Source: Candidatus Eiseniibacteriota bacterium | GTDB lineage: Bacteria; Eisenbacteria; RBG-16-71-46; CAIMUX01; VGJL01 | Length of the DNA stretch: 64,000 nucleotides | Assembly (NCBI GenBank): GCA_963792585.1 | Contig: CAWBWI010000003.1 | Span: 768,001 to 832,000, forward strand | Reading direction: 5' to 3' | Program-made: the position numbers and the translations under genes | In this document: positions 60,591 through 64,000 of the stretch, piece after piece | Layout: the number at the start of each line of letters is the position of its first letter | Numbering within the stretch: the stretch's first letter is position 1 | Notes under the pieces: generated by a model | Database searches by the model: none | Told to the model about the DNA's origin: nothing | Seen by the model: the letters and a program-made list of their open reading frames with translations, nothing else

Positions 60591-61147
60591 TGGGGCGATC
60601 CTCTCTCTGACATGGGAGAGGGTCGCCCCCCTGCTTCGTACCGGGCCTCATGATCATCTTCCGACGGAGTCTGCGTCGGGGTGCGAGATGCTGGAGCCGG
60701 AGAACCCTTCGTAAGCCGCCCGCTCCGGATAGCCAGCGATCGATCCACGGATTCGCGAGCTGAGCGCGCCTTGGCGGGAGTGGCCACGATCGGAAGTCCT
60801 TCACTCTGACGTACTAGTCCGCGAGGCTGTGCCCCTGCAATCGTCGACCGGGACGGCAGATCCTTGATTCGACCTTCTTGGTCGGCCTCTGCGAATAGAC
60901 CGAGCTTCCTCCAATAGACCTGCTCCTTACGTTCCTTGCGGGAGTATACTCATTCCGCCTTCAATTACGCGGAGCCGACCGGACAGGCACTGACCGTGAG
61001 AGCCGCGAACTTGATCCCATTGATTTCCGATGAGTACGAGCAGTGGAGCGGGTGACTGTCCGTTCGCCCGAGATCACCAATCCACTTGAACGCGTGGCGT
61101 CATGCTGCTGCTCGGAGCCGACTGGGACAAAGGGAAGGGGCCGCCAG
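60591..61147 (+). repeat. ~560 bp non-coding leader, copy 2
   Basis: Paralogous to 54106-54663. Confidence 0.92.
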
Positions 61148-64000
61148 ATGAAAGACCATGGGTCGTTGCGGACCGGATGCCTCTGTTTGGGTCTCTGTTT
61201 GATCTTCGTGGTGCTCTGTCCGGCAGTTGGAATTGCCGGCTCGCCGACGCTTCGGCTCGCGCACCGCGCAAGCGGGCCGCCGGCGGTGCTGCTCGGGGAT
61301 AGGGACGGATGGTGGGACAAGCCCCCGGATCTCAACGGAGAGCCAATGAGTTCAGAAATCATTTCCGCCTTTGGGCTCGAGACCGAAATCGCAAACGACT
61401 TCTACTCTTCGGCGCCGACGACTATCTACGAAGTCGTGTGGTGGGGCGAGTACGTTCAAGAAGAAGGCGAACCAAACGTCTCTGCGTTCAACTTGCGGTT
61501 CTACGATGACGCTGGTGGCGTACCGGGTTCCCTCATGACGGAGTATCTCGAATCCACCCCGGCTGAGACGATCCCGCTGGGTCAAACCCTGTACGGACCG
61601 ATCTACGAGTACCACGGATATGTATCGGTCGATGTCGGAGTCGGGTCATACTGGTTCTCTGTCCAGGCGAGCGACCATGTGTACCCGCCGCAATGGGGTC
61701 GCCTCGCAGCGGGGCAGGTAACCGGCTATCAATCTACGTTTCGTTCCGATTACTTCGGGTTCCCGGACTGGACTCGTAGTGGGGAGATCTTTGGAATCCC
61801 CCTAGATGCGAGTCAGCGGTTCATCACAACTCCACCTGCCCCCGGAGCGTGCTGCTTCGCAGATCTGCATTGCGAGACCCTCATGCCGGGGGATTGCCGT
61901 CGACTTGGGGGGTTATACCAGGGACCCGGGAGCACCTGTGAGCCGAATCCTTGCCCGTCCATTCCGATGGCATGCTGCTTCCCTGATGGGCACTGCGAGC
62001 AGGTGCCCCAGGCTGCTTGTGAGGAAGGAGGGGGATCATCGGGCATCGGCGCGAGCTGTGACCCAAACCCCTGTTCGCAGCCCTCGATGGCGTGCTGCTT
62101 CCCGGACGGGCACTGTGAGTTCGTCACGGAGTACGTTTGCCTCTCTGAAGGTGGAACTCCACTCGGGTACCCGAACACTTGCGACGAAGTATCCTGCATG
62201 CAGCAAGGCGCGTGCTGCAGCATGGGGAATTGCGTGGTGGTGGCCGAGGACCAGTGCGTCTCGCCAGGCGTCTGGCTGGGCGTAGGAACGAACTGCCTTC
62301 CGAGTCCATGCTCTCGAACACCCAGCCCGATCGTCGCATGGGGAAGCAACATCCACGGTGAGTGTAACGTGCCCGCGCCAAACGAGAACTTCGTGGCGAT
62401 CGCTGGGGCGGGAAGCAACAGCCTGGGCCTCAAGGCCGATGGCTCCATCGTTGCCTGGGGGCGCAACGACTACGGCCAGTGCGACGTCCCCGAGCCGAAT
62501 GCCGACTTCGTAGCGATCGCTGGCCTCAGCACTGGCCTGAAGTCCGACGGGACAATCGTGGTGTGGGCGGGCGACTGGGATGTGCCTTTGCCAAACGCCG
62601 ACTTCGTGGCGATCGCGGCGGGTGGCGTGCACCGCTTGGGCCTCAAGACCGGCGGGTCCATCGTGGCATGGGGGCAGAACGACTTCGGCGTGCTCAACGT
62701 CCCCACTCCTAACGCCGGCTTCGTGGCGATCGCGGCGGGGCTTATTCACTGTCTGGGCCTGAGGGCCAACGGGACGATCGTGGCATGGGGATACAACGGC
62801 TATGGCCAGTGTGACGTCCCGGCACCGAATGCCGGTTTCGTGGCGATCGCGGCAGGTTGGTATCACAACCTCGGTCTGAAGGCTGATGGATCCGTTGTGG
62901 CATGGGGAAACAACGACGAGGGCGAGTGCAATGTCCCTGAGCCCAACAGCGGTTTTGTCGCGGTCGCTGCGGGCATCTTCCACAGCATGGGCCTCAAGAC
63001 CGACGGCTCCATCGTGGCCTGGGGGGCCAACGACCAAGGTCAATGCGACATCCCCGCGCCGAATGCCGGCTTCGTGGCGGTCGCGGGGTGCGACTCTCAC
63101 AGTCTGGGATTGGGCCCGCAGGTCGGTGCCTGCTGTCAGTCGGATGGAACCTGCACGGTGACGACGGAAGCGAACTGCCTGCCCCCAGGGGGATGGCAGG
63201 GTGTTGGTTCCGTTTGCGTTCCCAATCCATGCTTCCAGCCGCCCGGCGCGTGCTGTAACCCCACGAGCGGAGCCTGCACAGTCACAACGCAACCTGAGTG
63301 TGTCGCTCCCAACGTCTGGCACGGGGAGTGGACGACCTGTGCGCCGAATCCGTGTCCACAGCCTGGCGCCTGCTGCAATCCAGCAACGGGAAACTGCATG
63401 CTGGTCACCGAGGACCTGTGCACGTCCCCCAGAGTCTGGATGGGTGTGGGAACGGTGTGCCTTCCGAATCCATGTCCCCAGCCACCCGGCGGCGCGATCG
63501 TGGCATGGGGGAAGAACTGGTCTGGCCAGTGCAACGTCCCCGCGCCGGACGCCGACTTCGTGGCGGTTGCGGGGGGCGGCGAGCACAGTCTGGGTCTGAA
63601 GTCCGATGGGTCCATCGTGGCCTGGGGATCCAATGGAGCCGGCCAGTGCAACGTCCCCGCGCCGAACGCCGGTTTCGTGGCGGTTGCGGCAGGCAGTCAG
63701 CACAGCCTGGGCCTGAAAGCCAACGGTTCCATCGTGGCATGGGGGAATCACGCCAACGGCCAGTGCAACGTCCCCGCGCCAAACGCAGACTTCGTCGCAG
63801 TCGCGGCACGAGAAGCCCACAGCTTGGGCCTGAAGTCCGACGGCTCCGATCGTGGCCTGGGGGTATGACCAGGGCAACGTCCCCGCGCCGAACACCGGCT
63901 TCGTGGCGGTTGCGGCGGGGACTCACCACAGCCTGGGTCTCAAGGCCGATGGGGTGATCGTGGCATGGGGGTGGAACTACAGCGGCGAGTGCAACGTCCC
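61148..64000 (+). CDS. Paralogous giant RCC1/BLIP-II-like propeller and GACC-repeat protein (runs off window; apparent +1 frameshift near 63847)
   Basis: Same signal peptide and N-domain as the gene at 54664; one full 7-blade propeller and a second in progress; repeats continue in the shifted frame. Confidence 0.88.

Noticed and set aside
55859..64000. Diversity-generating retroelement acting on the propeller repeats
   Set aside because: No reverse transcriptase in the window, no non-coding template repeat, and differences between copies are not confined to adenines.

Overview
High-GC bacterial chromosomal window. The PorV-family gene, several secreted proteins ending in an FlgD-Ig/T9SS-type-A-like sorting domain, and the Cys-rich GACC repeat proteins suggest an FCB-related candidate lineage such as Ca. 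Eisenbacteria; this is inference only. Housekeeping content: U32, M28, M55 and M29 peptidases, LOG-thiD-thiE-thiL, metE, two Hsp20 genes, btpA, a Ser/Thr kinase-TPR, an aldo/keto reductase, glycosyltransferases, psd/pssA, a metal-uptake operon with a DUF2946-like leader, tldD/pmbA and an aldehyde dehydrogenase. Two regions stand out. (1) A ~7 kb accessory block (20.2-27.6 kb) bracketed by inverted ~132 bp repeats. It holds a compact putative signalling circuit: sigma70 promoter, exported small pro-peptide, TPR-sensor sigma54 activator, near-consensus sigma54 promoter, 6-Cys secreted peptide and a secreted partner, followed by a vapBC module. (2) A tandem pair of giant secreted proteins (54.6 kb to the window end) built from 7-bladed RCC1/BLIP-II-like propellers with variable loops and Cys-rich spacers, each preceded by the same ~560 bp non-coding leader. 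Also notable are an MshEN-bearing GspE/PilB-like protein with degenerate ATPase motifs and an IPT/TIG-stalk cytochrome c lipoprotein. Several single-base frameshifts look like sequencing indels. No rRNA, tRNA, CRISPR array, integrase or transposase was recognised.
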